Assembly: GCA_000002445.1 (NCBI GenBank)
Contig: CH464491.1
Coordinates: forward strand, 480,001 to 544,000
Reading direction: 5' to 3'
Origin: Trypanosoma brucei
Lineage: Eukaryota
DNA length: 64,000 nt
A program made the position numbers and the translations under genes. The notes under the pieces are model-generated. The model did not search any database. It was not told where the DNA came from and saw only the letters and a program-made list of their open reading frames with translations. How positions within the stretch are numbered: the first letter of the stretch is position 1; every line of letters starts with the position of its first letter. Shown here one piece after another: positions 10,985 to 22,226 of this stretch.

Positions 10985-12110
10985 ATCCCACAGCGGGAAA
11001 TATTTTCTAACAGTCACCGTAACAGTGACCAGCGGTAAATTAAAAATAAGTAAATAAATGTGATATACGGTAAAGGCATATAACCACAACAAAGAGGTAG
11101 ATGAAAGGCCCTCCATCGCGGCGATGGAGGGGTTCGCCAGACGCAAAAATGGGTAAAACAGCTGCGCGACTGGGAATCTCTTCCACTCGAAGTAATAAGT
11201 TATAACTGAAGAAAAATATTACGACTGGGGGCACAAACGTTTCACAAGATTGCTCTCAGCAATAGTGGTGTGTGCATGAAAACGTGCACATGTAAAAAGA
11301 AAAAAGAGTTGGGTTACAAACCCTCGCTTACAACGTAAGGAGTGTCTTGGCCCGAAACGATGTCTTGGTTGGAAAGGTACAACCCAATTTTCTTTTCCTT
11401 TTTTTTTTCCGATCGCTGAGAAAACTAACACCTCTTACAGTCCACCTCGTGACTTAACCAAACAGACGAAAAAAAAAAGAAAAATGTCGTAACCCCTAGA
11501 ACACTGGGGGCAACGGAATCATCGCTATTCAAAACTTGAAGCGCACAAAACTGCAGAAAGTAAAGAAAACAGCCGAAAGGCATGTGTACTACACTCCCGT
11601 AAGAAAGACCTCCATTACAGGAGTAGGAAATTTTAAAACAGTGATAACACAAATGTGCGAGGAGCAATAACCCGCACCTCACCTTCCCTTTTGCACATGC
11701 ACCCGAGAAATGAGGAGCCAGACATACTACACAGCTATGAAGCGGTGACATGAACTCGGAAGTTAAAAGATTTCCCTACCCGTGTCCTCCACACCAAAAA
11801 ATGGAGGAAAGAAAAAAAAACACGACGAACACGTATCAGCACTTCTCCTACGCTTACTTCTCCTCCTCTTCACAGTCCACTGGTCGTTAGTCGCCTCATC
11901 GGTATCCTTTCCCTGTATCATACAAATTTAACTTCCATCACTACAACAGAAAAAATGATGAGAAGCAAAACCCTAAAAAAAAAAAAACAGACATGTCACT
12001 GTCCGTTTGCGCTTCCCTTGTTGTACTGTTTTTAATAACAGTGGTTTTAACAATGGTATGAAATGATTCAACACCAGCGCTCTCTCATCACTCCTTTGAG
12101 AACCAGAAGA

Positions 12111-13424
12111 CTACCGCCACTCCACGTCTTTAAGGCTCTTTCCTTCCATCAGCAAGTCCCACAGTGGCGACATTTCACGCAACCTTTCCACAGTGCGGGC
12201 ACACTCCTCAACCGTAACATCCACCTCTCGCTCAGTAGTGAAGCGACCGATACCAAATCGAATGGAGGTGTGTGCATTCTCAGCATCAATACCGAGTGCA
12301 CGCAAAACATAACTTGGCTCTAGAGAGGCGCTTGTGCATGCACTTCCACTCGAGACCGCTACCTTCTTCATGCCCATTAGTAAACTCTCACCTTCCACAC
12401 AGGCAAAGCTAATGTTAAGGTTTCCGTGAAATCGGCGCTCAACATCACCATTGAGTGTGATGTGTGTTAAGCGCTTCTGCAAACCCTCCCATAATCGCTT
12501 ACTAAGTTGGGCGATGCGCTCTGAATCACGCTTCATCTCTACCTTTGCTAGCTCACACGCTGCACCCAATCCCACTGCAAGTGGTGTGGCTATAGTGCCG
12601 CTACGCACACCACGCTCCTGTCCACCACCACTCACTGGTGATCGCACACGGACGCGCGGACGGCGTCGCATGTAGAGGGCACCGCAGCCCTTCGGTCCGT
12701 ATATTTTGTGCGAGGATACTGACATGAGGTCAATGTTATCCCGATCCACATCAATATCCAACTTTCCCACCGCCTGCGCGGCGTCAGTATGAAAGAGGAC
12801 CTTCTTTTTCCTGCATATCTTCCCGATTTCGCCAATGGGTTGAATCACACCAATTTCATTGTTCACATACATGCAAGAAACGAGCGCTGTTGTGGGACGG
12901 ATAGCTTCCTCAAGTTTCTGTAGGTTCACAATCCCATTTTTTTCAACGGGAAGGTACGTTACCTCGAAACCCTCCATTTCCAAGTAGCGGCAGGAGTCCA
13001 AAACACACTTGTGTTCTGTTTGAAGGGTTATGAGGTGGTTTTTCTTTTCTTTGTTGTAGTTGGCTACACCTTTTATGGCAATATTGTTGGACTCCGTTGC
13101 GCCGCTAGTAAAAAAAACACCCTTGGGACTCGCTCGAATTAAATCTGCCACTTGCGTCCGCGCCTTCTCAACGGCCTCCTCAGCAGTCCAACCATAACTG
13201 TGTGTACGGCTGTGTGGGTTGCCATACATTTCAGTCATGTAAGGCAGCATCTTATCGAGTACCCGTGGATCTAACGGAGTTGTTGACTGCAGATCCAAAT
13301 ATAGCGGTCGTGGATCCCTTTTAAAAGGCCTTCCAGCGGAGCCTCCAACCGACGAGACTCCCTGACTGATGGCTGATGCGGAGCCACAAGCCGCGCAAAG
13401 AAGTACGCGAACACCACTAAACAT
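12111..13424 (-). CDS. NFS1: Cysteine desulfurase (NifS/IscS family, mitochondrial Nfs1-type).
   Basis: Strong IscS-like motifs (LDLQSTTPLDPRVLDKM, GNPHSRTHSYGW, HTDAAQAVGK, SSHKIYGPKGCGALY and the PLP lysine region). N-terminal extension consistent with organelle targeting. Confidence 0.9.
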   Translation of the reverse strand: MFSGVRVLLCAACGSASAISQGVSSVGGSAGRPFKRDPRPLYLDLQSTTPLDPRVLDKMLPYMTEMYGNPHSRTHSYGWTAEEAVEKARTQVADLIRASPKGVFFTSGATESNNIAIKGVANYNKEKKNHLITLQTEHKCVLDSCRYLEMEGFEVTYLPVEKNGIVNLQKLEEAIRPTTALVSCMYVNNEIGVIQPIGEIGKICRKKKVLFHTDAAQAVGKLDIDVDRDNIDLMSVSSHKIYGPKGCGALYMRRRPRVRVRSPVSGGGQERGVRSGTIATPLAVGLGAACELAKVEMKRDSERIAQLSKRLWEGLQKRLTHITLNGDVERRFHGNLNISFACVEGESLLMGMKKVAVSSGSACTSASLEPSYVLRALGIDAENAHTSIRFGIGRFTTEREVDVTVEECARTVERLREMSPLWDLLMEGKSLKDVEWR

Positions 13425-13987
13425 TTCTTTTTAGACGATGCTTTTGGTTCTTTATATATTTTTTTTATTTTTATTTTTATTTTTTAAGGATGGAGGAAAA
13501 ATTGTTGCGGGCAAGGTGAGAGGTTGCGAAGACTGTATCAAGTAAAAAAAAACCATAAAGAAATTATGGTCACTAGGGAAGGACACAACAACAGAGACAC
13601 AAATAAAAACCGCAGAGAGGGGGAAGCATACGAGAAAAAAAAATAGAAATCAGAGTGGAACACGAGGGGGCGGCCAGCAAGCTCCCACGCAAAAAAAAAA
13701 AATTATGTTGAATACACCGAACCCGCCTCCATAGCGGCGCACAAAGCGGGGAAGCCATCGCCTTAAAAACTGCGAATAGGGCGGCATGTGAACGATACTT
13801 CGCTAACGACACGAAGAAACAACGGGGAAATAACGCGGGTGAAAACAACAATAACAACGCATTATGTTGCTGGGTCAACTGATCCATCGAACACGCCACC
13901 TTCACGCACGCCCCAACGCACCTTTCCCTCTTTCCTCCTCCTTCTACTCTCCCTAATCTATCATGCAGATATTCCCACTAAACTGCC

Positions 13988-16654
13988 TCAGTACATTTCC
14001 TCCCCGTGAATGGAACCATCGGCGTTCAAAACACCATCGAAAGCGTCTGATATGCCCATTTCCGATGCAACGTCCCTAATCGCGGCAGCCAACTCCGCCT
14101 GTTGACTCTCCGTGAGAACCGGGGGTGAGTGATGATCTCCCCCACTTCGCTGCGGTCCTCCTTTGGTGAAAAGCTCGTTAAGTGAAGAATACAAAGAGGT
14201 TTCCAAACTCTCAGCCTCACCCGTTGAGGTGGTTTCGGCAGTGCGATGATGCTCTTCATGCGCCCTCCACAAGGCAAGATCAGTGATGCGTAGGAATTGA
14301 CGATAAGTTAGTGATGTGGGGTACGCACGAACCACTTCATTCGGCAGTTTAGCCGTCTGAGGAAGGATACCATAGTGATGAAGCAACTTAAGGACGCCCT
14401 CGCGGCGAATAGGCTGAAGGTTGAGCCTTACATCGTACTCCACTGAACCCAGAGCACCCTGAAGAACCTCTTCCTCAGCTGTAGTAATGATCAACAATCG
14501 CTTCCTTCGAGGCTGAGACACATCCCACTCACTGTGAGGGAACAACCCGGAACTCGACACCGACTTGAACTCGTTAATAGCAGACCTCAATGCATCCGCT
14601 GCACCCGAGTCACCACTGCGAACGTACCGTTCAACATTGTCAACAACTAAACAGTAATCCCCTTTAAAGGCACCGGCGTCACGGAGTGCATCGATGACCT
14701 CCTGGATGTCCCTCGCGGCTCGCCCGCTGAGCTCGCGCCCTGTGAGAAACTTCGTCACGCTAAAGCGAATGCTGCTCACCACATTTCTTGCAAACACAGT
14801 CTTTCCTGAGCCGCTGGAGCCATGAATAACAACTACAGCCGCATTTGTAATTTGGCTGTGCTGAATACTACGCATCAACCGCCGAACTACACCCATCCCG
14901 CGAGATATCGTTCCGTCAAAATCCACAAGCTTATCAACAGCGTTATCCAGTCCCTTACCGTCGCCGGCGAGATCTTGACCACCGTTTACCTGCGCCTTTG
15001 AGTCCCATACATCCCTCAACGCAAGTTGAAAGTCGCTATTGGTAACTTTAAAATGCTCAGTCGCTGCGCCAGAGAGTTCATCCTCAATACCAATATCCCC
15101 GGTGGGGATGCTTGTGTTGAGAGAACTATCGCGGAACCGTAACAATGCGTGACTGACCGCCGCACGAACCGTGCCAGCAACATCGGCACCAGAAAATCCA
15201 CCTGTTCGCTCTGCCAGTATATCCAAGCTGACATCTTCTGCAAGAAAATCCTTATCCCGTAGTTCCCGTGTGTGGATAAAAAACATCTCTCTTCGACCCT
15301 TAACGTCAGGTAGGGGAACCTCAATGACAACTTCAAACCGACCTGGGCGGAGAAGTGCACGGTCAATAGCATGTAACCTGTTCGTCAATCCAATAATAAG
15401 TATATTCCTTGCTTTATTCACGCCGTCCATGATGGTTAGAAATTGGTTAGTTAGTCCATCATACACAGCTTTCGTGGAGCTTTCCTCCCCCAAATCTGCA
15501 CGCCGTTTAAAGAGTGCATCGAGTTCATCCATAATGACAATGTGCAAGCTCTTGCTGTTTGCAGTTTCTTCATCAGCACCAGAAGCATGTCGCGTTCCCC
15601 CGTGCTCATCCTCATCATCATCATCGCCCCACATGTTGTTAGCGTCAAATAGCCTCCGAAGGTTCTTTTCGGAGTCACCAACGTACTTGGAAATAATGTC
15701 AGCCGCGTTGACAATAGTTACCCTCGTCCCTTTACCTTCCAGCTTGGCAATCATACGAGCAATAAGAGTCTTACCGGTTCCCGGCGGCCCATGGAGGAGT
15801 ACTCCACGTACAGGCGGAATATTAAGTGATTCCACCACCCCACGGAGTTGCCGCGTCCTACTCAAGAAAACGCGACGGAAAAGCTCATGTAGTTGCTCAC
15901 TTAATCCTCCAATACCAAGAGAAACCCACTCATCATTCATTGCAGAGTGTCGGACTCTACGGAACATATATTCTAAGGGGTCTTCGGCATCCTCCTCTTC
16001 ATCCTCCTCACCGCCCGAGTGCGATCCATTGCCATACGGCGTGAGGTCCAACTCCACTGCACGGGGGACGGAGGCAAGCGTAACAATTGTAGTCTTGTTA
16101 GAGTTGTCACTCGTTACAGTTTGAAGCAATTTCAGGTTCATCCAAGTGCTCCGTGTGGTCAGCCGTTCCAACCACAGCGGTTTATGCCTCAAACTATCCA
16201 TGGGATTAAGAAGGGTACACGACAAGATCTGCCGCGGGAACAGACTAGAGGGCCTCACATGAAGACACGGCATGGAAATTAAATCAAGATCCTCCTCACC
16301 TCCATGATGTGGTATTGGTGTGTGTTCCTCCAGAACTATGCTTAAGTTCCCCAGCTGTGGGAAACCGCGCCCCCGAACGGTGAGTTGTACCGGATGATAT
16401 GAATTCAAGTCAGAGAAGCACGAAATCGTCTGGCGACCCCTTTCCGTTAGCACAGGCCTAGTGCAGCCGGTAATCCACAATATCTCTAATCTTTGATAAT
16501 TGCTATATTTTGCAGGACCGCCGGGATGATATGAAGCCGCACCCAGATTAACGCTGTAGAGACACGCCACGCACGCGCAAAGAAGAAACAGTGATGAAAG
16601 CGGATTTAGCGTGCGAAACGCTTGCCTTTTGCTAACTGTGGTCTTGACTATCAT
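13988..16654 (-). CDS. NSF: Vesicle-fusing ATPase NSF homolog with an active D1 AAA domain and a degenerate D2.
   Basis: D1 aligns with NSF (GVLLHGPPGTGKTLIARMI, KYVGDSEKNLRRLF, LHIVIMDELDALFKRR, NILIIGLTNRLHAIDRALLRPGRFEVVIEVPLPDVKGRREMFFIHT). D2 is degenerate (VVIHGSSGSGKT ... VVDNVERY), as in NSF. It has a lineage-specific acidic insertion and a long N-terminus. Confidence 0.8.
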   Translation of the reverse strand: MIVKTTVSKRQAFRTLNPLSSLFLLCACVACLYSVNLGAASYHPGGPAKYSNYQRLEILWITGCTRPVLTERGRQTISCFSDLNSYHPVQLTVRGRGFPQLGNLSIVLEEHTPIPHHGGEEDLDLISMPCLHVRPSSLFPRQILSCTLLNPMDSLRHKPLWLERLTTRSTWMNLKLLQTVTSDNSNKTTIVTLASVPRAVELDLTPYGNGSHSGGEEDEEEDAEDPLEYMFRRVRHSAMNDEWVSLGIGGLSEQLHELFRRVFLSRTRQLRGVVESLNIPPVRGVLLHGPPGTGKTLIARMIAKLEGKGTRVTIVNAADIISKYVGDSEKNLRRLFDANNMWGDDDDEDEHGGTRHASGADEETANSKSLHIVIMDELDALFKRRADLGEESSTKAVYDGLTNQFLTIMDGVNKARNILIIGLTNRLHAIDRALLRPGRFEVVIEVPLPDVKGRREMFFIHTRELRDKDFLAEDVSLDILAERTGGFSGADVAGTVRAAVSHALLRFRDSSLNTSIPTGDIGIEDELSGAATEHFKVTNSDFQLALRDVWDSKAQVNGGQDLAGDGKGLDNAVDKLVDFDGTISRGMGVVRRLMRSIQHSQITNAAVVVIHGSSGSGKTVFARNVVSSIRFSVTKFLTGRELSGRAARDIQEVIDALRDAGAFKGDYCLVVDNVERYVRSGDSGAADALRSAINEFKSVSSSGLFPHSEWDVSQPRRKRLLIITTAEEEVLQGALGSVEYDVRLNLQPIRREGVLKLLHHYGILPQTAKLPNEVVRAYPTSLTYRQFLRITDLALWRAHEEHHRTAETTSTGEAESLETSLYSSLNELFTKGGPQRSGGDHHSPPVLTESQQAELAAAIRDVASEMGISDAFDGVLNADGSIHGEEMY

Positions 16655-17016
16655 CCTACCAACAATCCCGCCCCTTTGTTGAACTCTAGGTGGGTTGGAG
16701 TACGAAGGAAAGGGAGGGGGAAAAACAATACCTCAGCGCAAGCGGCAAAGGATCAAAGAACAACATGTGCGTGCGTATTCACATAAATTTTCCTAACCAA
16801 GTGCTATCACAAGATGTGAGCTCGTGAAAGACCCAATATCAGAGCGCGATCCCGAGCAAAGTATTCTCATTTTCACCCCCGAATAAGATTTGAAAAAAAA
16901 AATGTCAAAAATAACGATAGTGGAAATTGAAAGAAATGACAAAGCCTGCGTCACAGCATAAAAAATAATAATGATTATGATGATAACGATCATATTCCAA
17001 GTCGAAACCAATCATG

Positions 17017-17568
17017 TTATTTATTTTTTCTCTTTTTTGGCGAGTTGTCTCCCGAACCAGGGGAGCCTGCCTGGGAAAGGGATTGTAAACATCGGATCGC
17101 AGTGAAAAATGGCGCAATTATCCACACCGAGCTCGGCAAAAGAACCATCAGTAACTTATCCAAATAGCCGATATGCCTCGTGTATTCCCCACCCTCCACG
17201 AAATCCATCACGAAGTACAGCAGAGTTTTACTGAAAGTCATAACGCTAACGACCGCTGCCAACTTGATAGCCGACTTCCAGTACCCGCTAAAGGAAAGAA
17301 GGAGGGCAAGTAAGCCAAGAGTGACTTCCAACAAATTCATCCAACTCTGCGCCACAACGAAGGCATCTTCATTCGGGGCGTAACGTCGGTCGTAAGTGGC
17401 GTAAACCGTCCACGGCTGAAATAAAACTAATTCGCCTAAAGGGTGTGGTGTATCAGGTGTTTTAGGGCGGTTAAGGACAAAAACAGCATCAAGCAACACA
17501 ACAGGTGCTGTCAAAAGCAACCAAGCCGTTGCGACCGTAGGGAGGCGCGGTTTCTCCATCGTCGTCAT
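17017..17568 (-). CDS. Four-TM membrane protein resembling the TMEM97 / sigma-2 receptor (EXPERA domain) family.
   Basis: The ORF-track start is TTG and the first ATG is at 17566-17568. Four hydrophobic helices, a basic KKRKNK C-terminus, and a colinear pattern match to TMEM97 by eye. Confidence 0.45.
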   Translation of the reverse strand: MTTMEKPRLPTVATAWLLLTAPVVLLDAVFVLNRPKTPDTPHPLGELVLFQPWTVYATYDRRYAPNEDAFVVAQSWMNLLEVTLGLLALLLSFSGYWKSAIKLAAVVSVMTFSKTLLYFVMDFVEGGEYTRHIGYLDKLLMVLLPSSVWIIAPFFTAIRCLQSLSQAGSPGSGDNSPKKRKNK

Positions 17569-18137
17569 CTCCCCCTCGACCAATTCCTCACAACTTACCT
17601 AATACAAACTGTTACAATGACCAAAGACTACTGCAACCGGGAGTAACCTGAAAAGGAAAGTGACTAGCAGAATGAGTAAACGGCATATTAAAAAAGAAAA
17701 AATAGCCGAGAGACTAGAAACGAATTCACCGGGAGGCAGAAGTCCAGTATGAACACTTTTATTGTAGAATGGTCAGGTATGTGAATGGGCCCCAGAAGGC
17801 TGCATTTTCCCCCATAATTTTTTCAAAGGGAATGAAAAAAAATGCGCAACTGGGCGGGGGTTCCCGCATCCCGCTTCCGCTGCATTACCTCCATTTCACA
17901 TTATCTCTAAAATCTCTCAAGTTACCTCCATCTGAATGCCTCAACTCGCGTCTTGTTAACGTCGTTATCTTGCCCTCCTCTTCACCTCCAAGTTAGCACA
18001 CGAAATTTTCTAAACAACCCATGTATTTATAATGGAGTAGCCCCTTGCAGCGGCTAACGAATTGTAGCCTTCCTCCAACAACGAAAGCGCCTCGCGTCCC
18101 TCCGCCACCACCGAGCCACCTCGGTTCATTACTACCG

Positions 18138-18700
18138 TTAGTTATGTTCATCATCATCATCGTCGTCGTCATCATCATCATCATCGTCATCGTCATCCCC
18201 AGTGTCGTCATCAGCGTAGTTTCCTGTGTCGTCATCATCATCCCCAGTGTCGTCGCTGCTAAGGGTGGTGTGATCATCATCACTCTCACGGTCATCCCCC
18301 CTACGACCGTACATGGTAGAGCTCTCGCTGTCGCATTCATCTTCGCTGTCCTCACCCTCGCCATCTTTATCGCTGTTATCATCTTCATCGTTGTCATCAT
18401 CGACAGGATCGTGATCGTATATGGAAACCTCGTCACTGCTGTCGTCGCCATCGCTGCTGTCTTCTTCACTGCCGTCACTGTTATCATTACTGTCACCGTC
18501 ACTGTCACCGTCACTCTCGTCATCAACAGGATCATCATCACGCGTAGAGGGTTCGTCGTCACTGCTGCCATCATCGTCCGAATCGTCGGTTTCGCTATCG
18601 TCACTGTAGGACGAGCTGTAAGACCCACTGCCATCATCAGATGAGGCAGCCGAAGAGCTTTCGTCGTCATCTTTCGCATGTCCTGAGGTTGCTTCGAAAG
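18138..18700. repeat. Imperfect trinucleotide (GAT/GAC/AGT-type) coding repeat that encodes the poly-Asp/Ser acidic tail.
   Basis: Runs of catcatcatcgtcgtcatc on the plus strand. This also creates spurious long I/V/T-rich ORFs in other frames (17993-18679, 18045-18644). Confidence 0.8.
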
Positions 18701-19850
18701 CGTCTGCTCTGGTTTCGACCTCCATATCGCTGCTCGACCTACCAGAATTCATTCTGAAAGTACTGGCCGCGGCGGAGGCAACCGCGGCGTGAGCGATAGC
18801 CGAGCCCACGGCGCTTGCCCCGGCGGTAGATCCTACAAATCGTTTAGGCGGGGTACGAGTGAGGGATGAAGCACGAACTGGAGCAGCGACCGTACGTTCT
18901 CCCCTCACCATCAACATTTTTGACACCCCTTCCCCACGCGCTTTCCTTGAGAAAGAGTCACCACAACTATCCTCCACGGCAACCGTCTCATCCACCTCCT
19001 CCATACTTCTATAGCGGTGCTCCTTTTTAGTGGTCACCTTTTTCTTTTGTTGAAGGGCATATATAGCCATCTCCCGCTTCACAAGTAGCTCATTCGTTAT
19101 ACGGGCATGGTATTGATGCTGGATACCGAACATATCCCCTAATACCGCGTCCAGGTATTTCATCACAAAAACGAGATTTTCCTCCTCGATGGTGGCGTTG
19201 AAACTTCGCCGATCATCCAAGTTGTACTTCGTCGCTGCCCCTCCCGCGTTCGCAGCATCATCATCCTCATCCTCATCGTCCAGTAGATTGGATCCATCCT
19301 CTGTGTTCTTCGGGCCTGCGGTCACCACTTTTGCAGTTACTTCACCTGCAAGCGCAAAAGCCGATGGTAGTGCAGGGAAGGACTTGCCTTCACGTGCACC
19401 AAAGCCTCCACCCTCCCCTCCTTGCCATCTAGGTATTGGCTTCAAATGTAGCGAAGAGTGTTGTTTTTCCATCGACACGTGCCGCATCTTACCCTCGAAC
19501 GCAGCCAGGAGTGATGCAACATCATAAGGCCGGAGAAAAATACGACCAAAAAAGTAGTCCCCCGTGATATCAGTACTCACTTTACCTCCATTTGGGGCTG
19601 TCCTGTCTTCAGAAATCATCTTCGCTGCCGCCTCCGGTGCCATTCCCACATGACTGTCGGGAGACTGCACACTTAGTACAAGGTGCCGCTGACGGTTGCT
19701 CTTCCACCGCCACAGCAACACAGCCGGGTACTCGACCTCTCCCTTCGCAATGCTTACGGGAGTGCGCAGATCCCGCACAAAAACACTGCGACCACCCGCC
19801 TTGAGAAAGACGGCAGAAGCAAAAGTTACGGCGGAGATGCGGCGCCACAT
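18138..19850 (-). CDS. Hypothetical protein (570 aa) with an extremely acidic, low-complexity Ser/Asp-rich C-terminal half ending in a poly-Asp run of about 17 residues.
   Basis: ATG at 19848-19850. The C-terminal ~230 aa are encoded by GAT/GAC/AGT-type trinucleotide repeats at 18138-18700. Confidence 0.6.
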   Translation of the reverse strand: MWRRISAVTFASAVFLKAGGRSVFVRDLRTPVSIAKGEVEYPAVLLWRWKSNRQRHLVLSVQSPDSHVGMAPEAAAKMISEDRTAPNGGKVSTDITGDYFFGRIFLRPYDVASLLAAFEGKMRHVSMEKQHSSLHLKPIPRWQGGEGGGFGAREGKSFPALPSAFALAGEVTAKVVTAGPKNTEDGSNLLDDEDEDDDAANAGGAATKYNLDDRRSFNATIEEENLVFVMKYLDAVLGDMFGIQHQYHARITNELLVKREMAIYALQQKKKVTTKKEHRYRSMEEVDETVAVEDSCGDSFSRKARGEGVSKMLMVRGERTVAAPVRASSLTRTPPKRFVGSTAGASAVGSAIAHAAVASAAASTFRMNSGRSSSDMEVETRADAFEATSGHAKDDDESSSAASSDDGSGSYSSSYSDDSETDDSDDDGSSDDEPSTRDDDPVDDESDGDSDGDSNDNSDGSEEDSSDGDDSSDEVSIYDHDPVDDDNDEDDNSDKDGEGEDSEDECDSESSTMYGRRGDDRESDDDHTTLSSDDTGDDDDDTGNYADDDTGDDDDDDDDDDDDDDDDEHN

Positions 19851-20614
19851 TATTCTCTATGACGTACAATTAGAGCACTATGCACGCTTTTAATGTTGTT
19901 CTTCCCTCACTCCCCGCTTGTTTCGTTCCTCCTTCCAATGAACAACGATGATGAGAATAAACTCAAACGATATATGTCTATATATGCGTGTGTATGTTGG
20001 TGTCACTCGCGACAGAAGGATAAATGTCCAAAAAGATCTCCTACGAAGAAAAATACCCACAACCGGTCAATGAAAAGTAATCAAAAAAAGATTTAGGATG
20101 TGTGGTGGTGCAGCCCCAGGGATTAATGAACCAATGGGCCACAGTACCAGTCGATTACTGTCGGACGGTAGAGAAAAAACGAAGGCGGAAAGAGAAAGAG
20201 AAGTATCCAGCAATGTGTACATAAAAAGAAACAAGAGGTTCTTCAAACCTTGATAGGGCCAGGTAAACACGTAATAGCCTGGAGGCAGTGAAAGGAAGGG
20301 ATTTTTCTTTCTTGAAGGAGATTAAAGGGTTGGGGGGAAAAGTCGGATGCGGAAGGAAGACGCAAGAAGTTCCAAAGCGGGTTCAACCCAACACCACTAA
20401 ACCAAACAAATAGACGGTAGGTGCTCACTTGCATTGCACCAAACATCTTGGTACTCAATTCCTTCCAACAACACATCTGTTGTCTATCCTACACAAAAAT
20501 ACAAACACATACGTACGACCTCATCCCTCAACCTTTCCCTTTTCTTCTTTCTTCTTTCTGTTCCCTTCCTTTCCTTTTCATTCGTTCATTTACACACCCA
20601 CTTCCTTCATATCG

Positions 20615-21235
20615 TTAATGGTATCGCGATGTGTCACTTACAGATCGCTTCCGCCTTGCGCCTCCCTCCGCTGAAGATGTCGCTGCAATTTTCTCCCCTC
20701 CCTCTGCGGCCCGCGTGGCATAGTGCTGACGAAACCCGAAGCTCTCGTCCAATGCACTCTCCAAAAAGTGCTCCAACGTCACGGCGAAATGGTTATCAAA
20801 TTTAACAGACCAGTCCTCCATCCGCTGCGAGGCCACGCGATGCACCTTCCCGTGAAGGTGATACCCCTGTGCAGACTTCTCAAAATCGAGCGTATACGCC
20901 TTTGTTTCCATGCGATGACGTGGCACCCGCTCCTTACATACGCCGACAAGATACGCAAGGTCTACATGACGCAGCCTTACGGAAATGCGACGGTCCGCAT
21001 CAAACTGAGGACTTAAATCATTTGGATCCACTTTGCGTGGGCCCAGTTGTGGGTACTGAGAAATGAGAAGCAGCTTCCCATCAACGGCAACACGCGTCAT
21101 TGTTCCGAGCGCAGGGTCATCCCGCACGTCGTGAATTTCAAATTTAGGCAGTGACTGAACGCCGGAAAAAGTAGAAGCGCCACGGGACCAGGCTGAGCGC
21201 ATGGCCGGTCCACGCAGGCATGCGAGTCGAATCAT
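20615..21235 (-). CDS. MRP1: Mitochondrial RNA-binding protein, MRP1/gBP21-like (guide-RNA-binding, Whirly-fold family).
   Basis: 206 aa, arginine-rich, with a presequence-like N-terminus (MIRLACLRGPAMRSAWSRGAS). The size and character match T. brucei gBP21. The neighbourhood (IFT88 and H1 genes downstream) fits the known chromosomal context. Identity is recalled from memory, not searched. Confidence 0.5.
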   Translation of the reverse strand: MIRLACLRGPAMRSAWSRGASTFSGVQSLPKFEIHDVRDDPALGTMTRVAVDGKLLLISQYPQLGPRKVDPNDLSPQFDADRRISVRLRHVDLAYLVGVCKERVPRHRMETKAYTLDFEKSAQGYHLHGKVHRVASQRMEDWSVKFDNHFAVTLEHFLESALDESFGFRQHYATRAAEGGEKIAATSSAEGGARRKRSVSDTSRYH

Positions 21236-22226
21236 GGCTTTTCTGTGTCAGAATAAAAAAACAAGGGAAAATCACAAGAAAGACAAAAAAGGAAACAAAA
21301 ACGCACCTCGCACCCTATATGGACGGTTCCCTTAGCTTACTGTATCCCCCTTCTTCCCCTCTCTTACGCAGTGAAGAGTGGTTCTTCTGTGAAACTCATA
21401 TAGAGTGTGTGTAAAAATGGGGGAAAATGAGATGAGCAAATATAATATATTTATTTATATTTATACCAAGTATTTAATTCCGGTTAGAAGTAGTGCTACA
21501 TCACAATATCAATGCAGCACCTCGCTTATCATTCCCCCCCCGCCGTACAAACTCATTTCCTTTTGTTGCGACTGTTAACGTGATCCATTCTTGTGGATGT
21601 CAACTACTCAAAGTGGCTCAGCACAATAATAAGCATTCAAAAAGGTGGCATGGGTCTCAGATTTGCTTTCTTTTTTCCCTTTCTTTTCTTATAAATGTCC
21701 TTCCTCTGTTCCTTACGCCCCCTCCCTGTTGTTATAACGACCTCTTGCTGCTAAGAAACAAAAGCAAACAAAAACAAATAAGGAGGAGTACGGACATAAA
21801 GAAGGGTCAAGAAAATAAAACGATTTAAACGTTACAAAGCGAAGAAAAAAAAAGAAAATAAAGCCACGACAGTCCACAATGAATTATTGCCGTACAGTCC
21901 ACACACACACACACACACACTAAACACGTGAGTGGAGGTAATGGGATCTGATGAAGACGTGCAAGCAGCAAAACCAGTTCGTAAAATTGGGGTGAAGTGG
22001 CAGAAACAACTGTGTGACGAAACCAACACCACTAAATTCACAGAAACGTGAGCACACCGCCGTCGTCACCTATTTATTGCATGCTTCAGAGAGTAAGGGG
22101 AAAGGGAAAGGTAAGAAAATCAGTCAAATAACAAGGAACAGCTTACCTTGAGATACCGTTTAATCGAAGCTATTATTTGTTACTATTATTACTATTATTG
22201 TGTTGTGGTTCCCCACGACGCCACAT

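Noticed and set aside
11425-11751. 108-aa and similar small minus ORFs in intergenic regions (11425-11751, 13573-13905, 31193-31603, 34859-35360, 45885-46274).
   Set aside because: They are Cys/Phe/Leu-rich low-complexity translations of pyrimidine-rich UTR sequence with no conserved features.
17993-18679. Long plus- and minus-frame ORFs rich in I/V/T/M (17993-18679, 18045-18644, 18421-18609).
   Set aside because: They are alternative-frame and antisense readings of the GAT/GAC trinucleotide repeat that encodes the acidic tail of the 18138-19850 gene.
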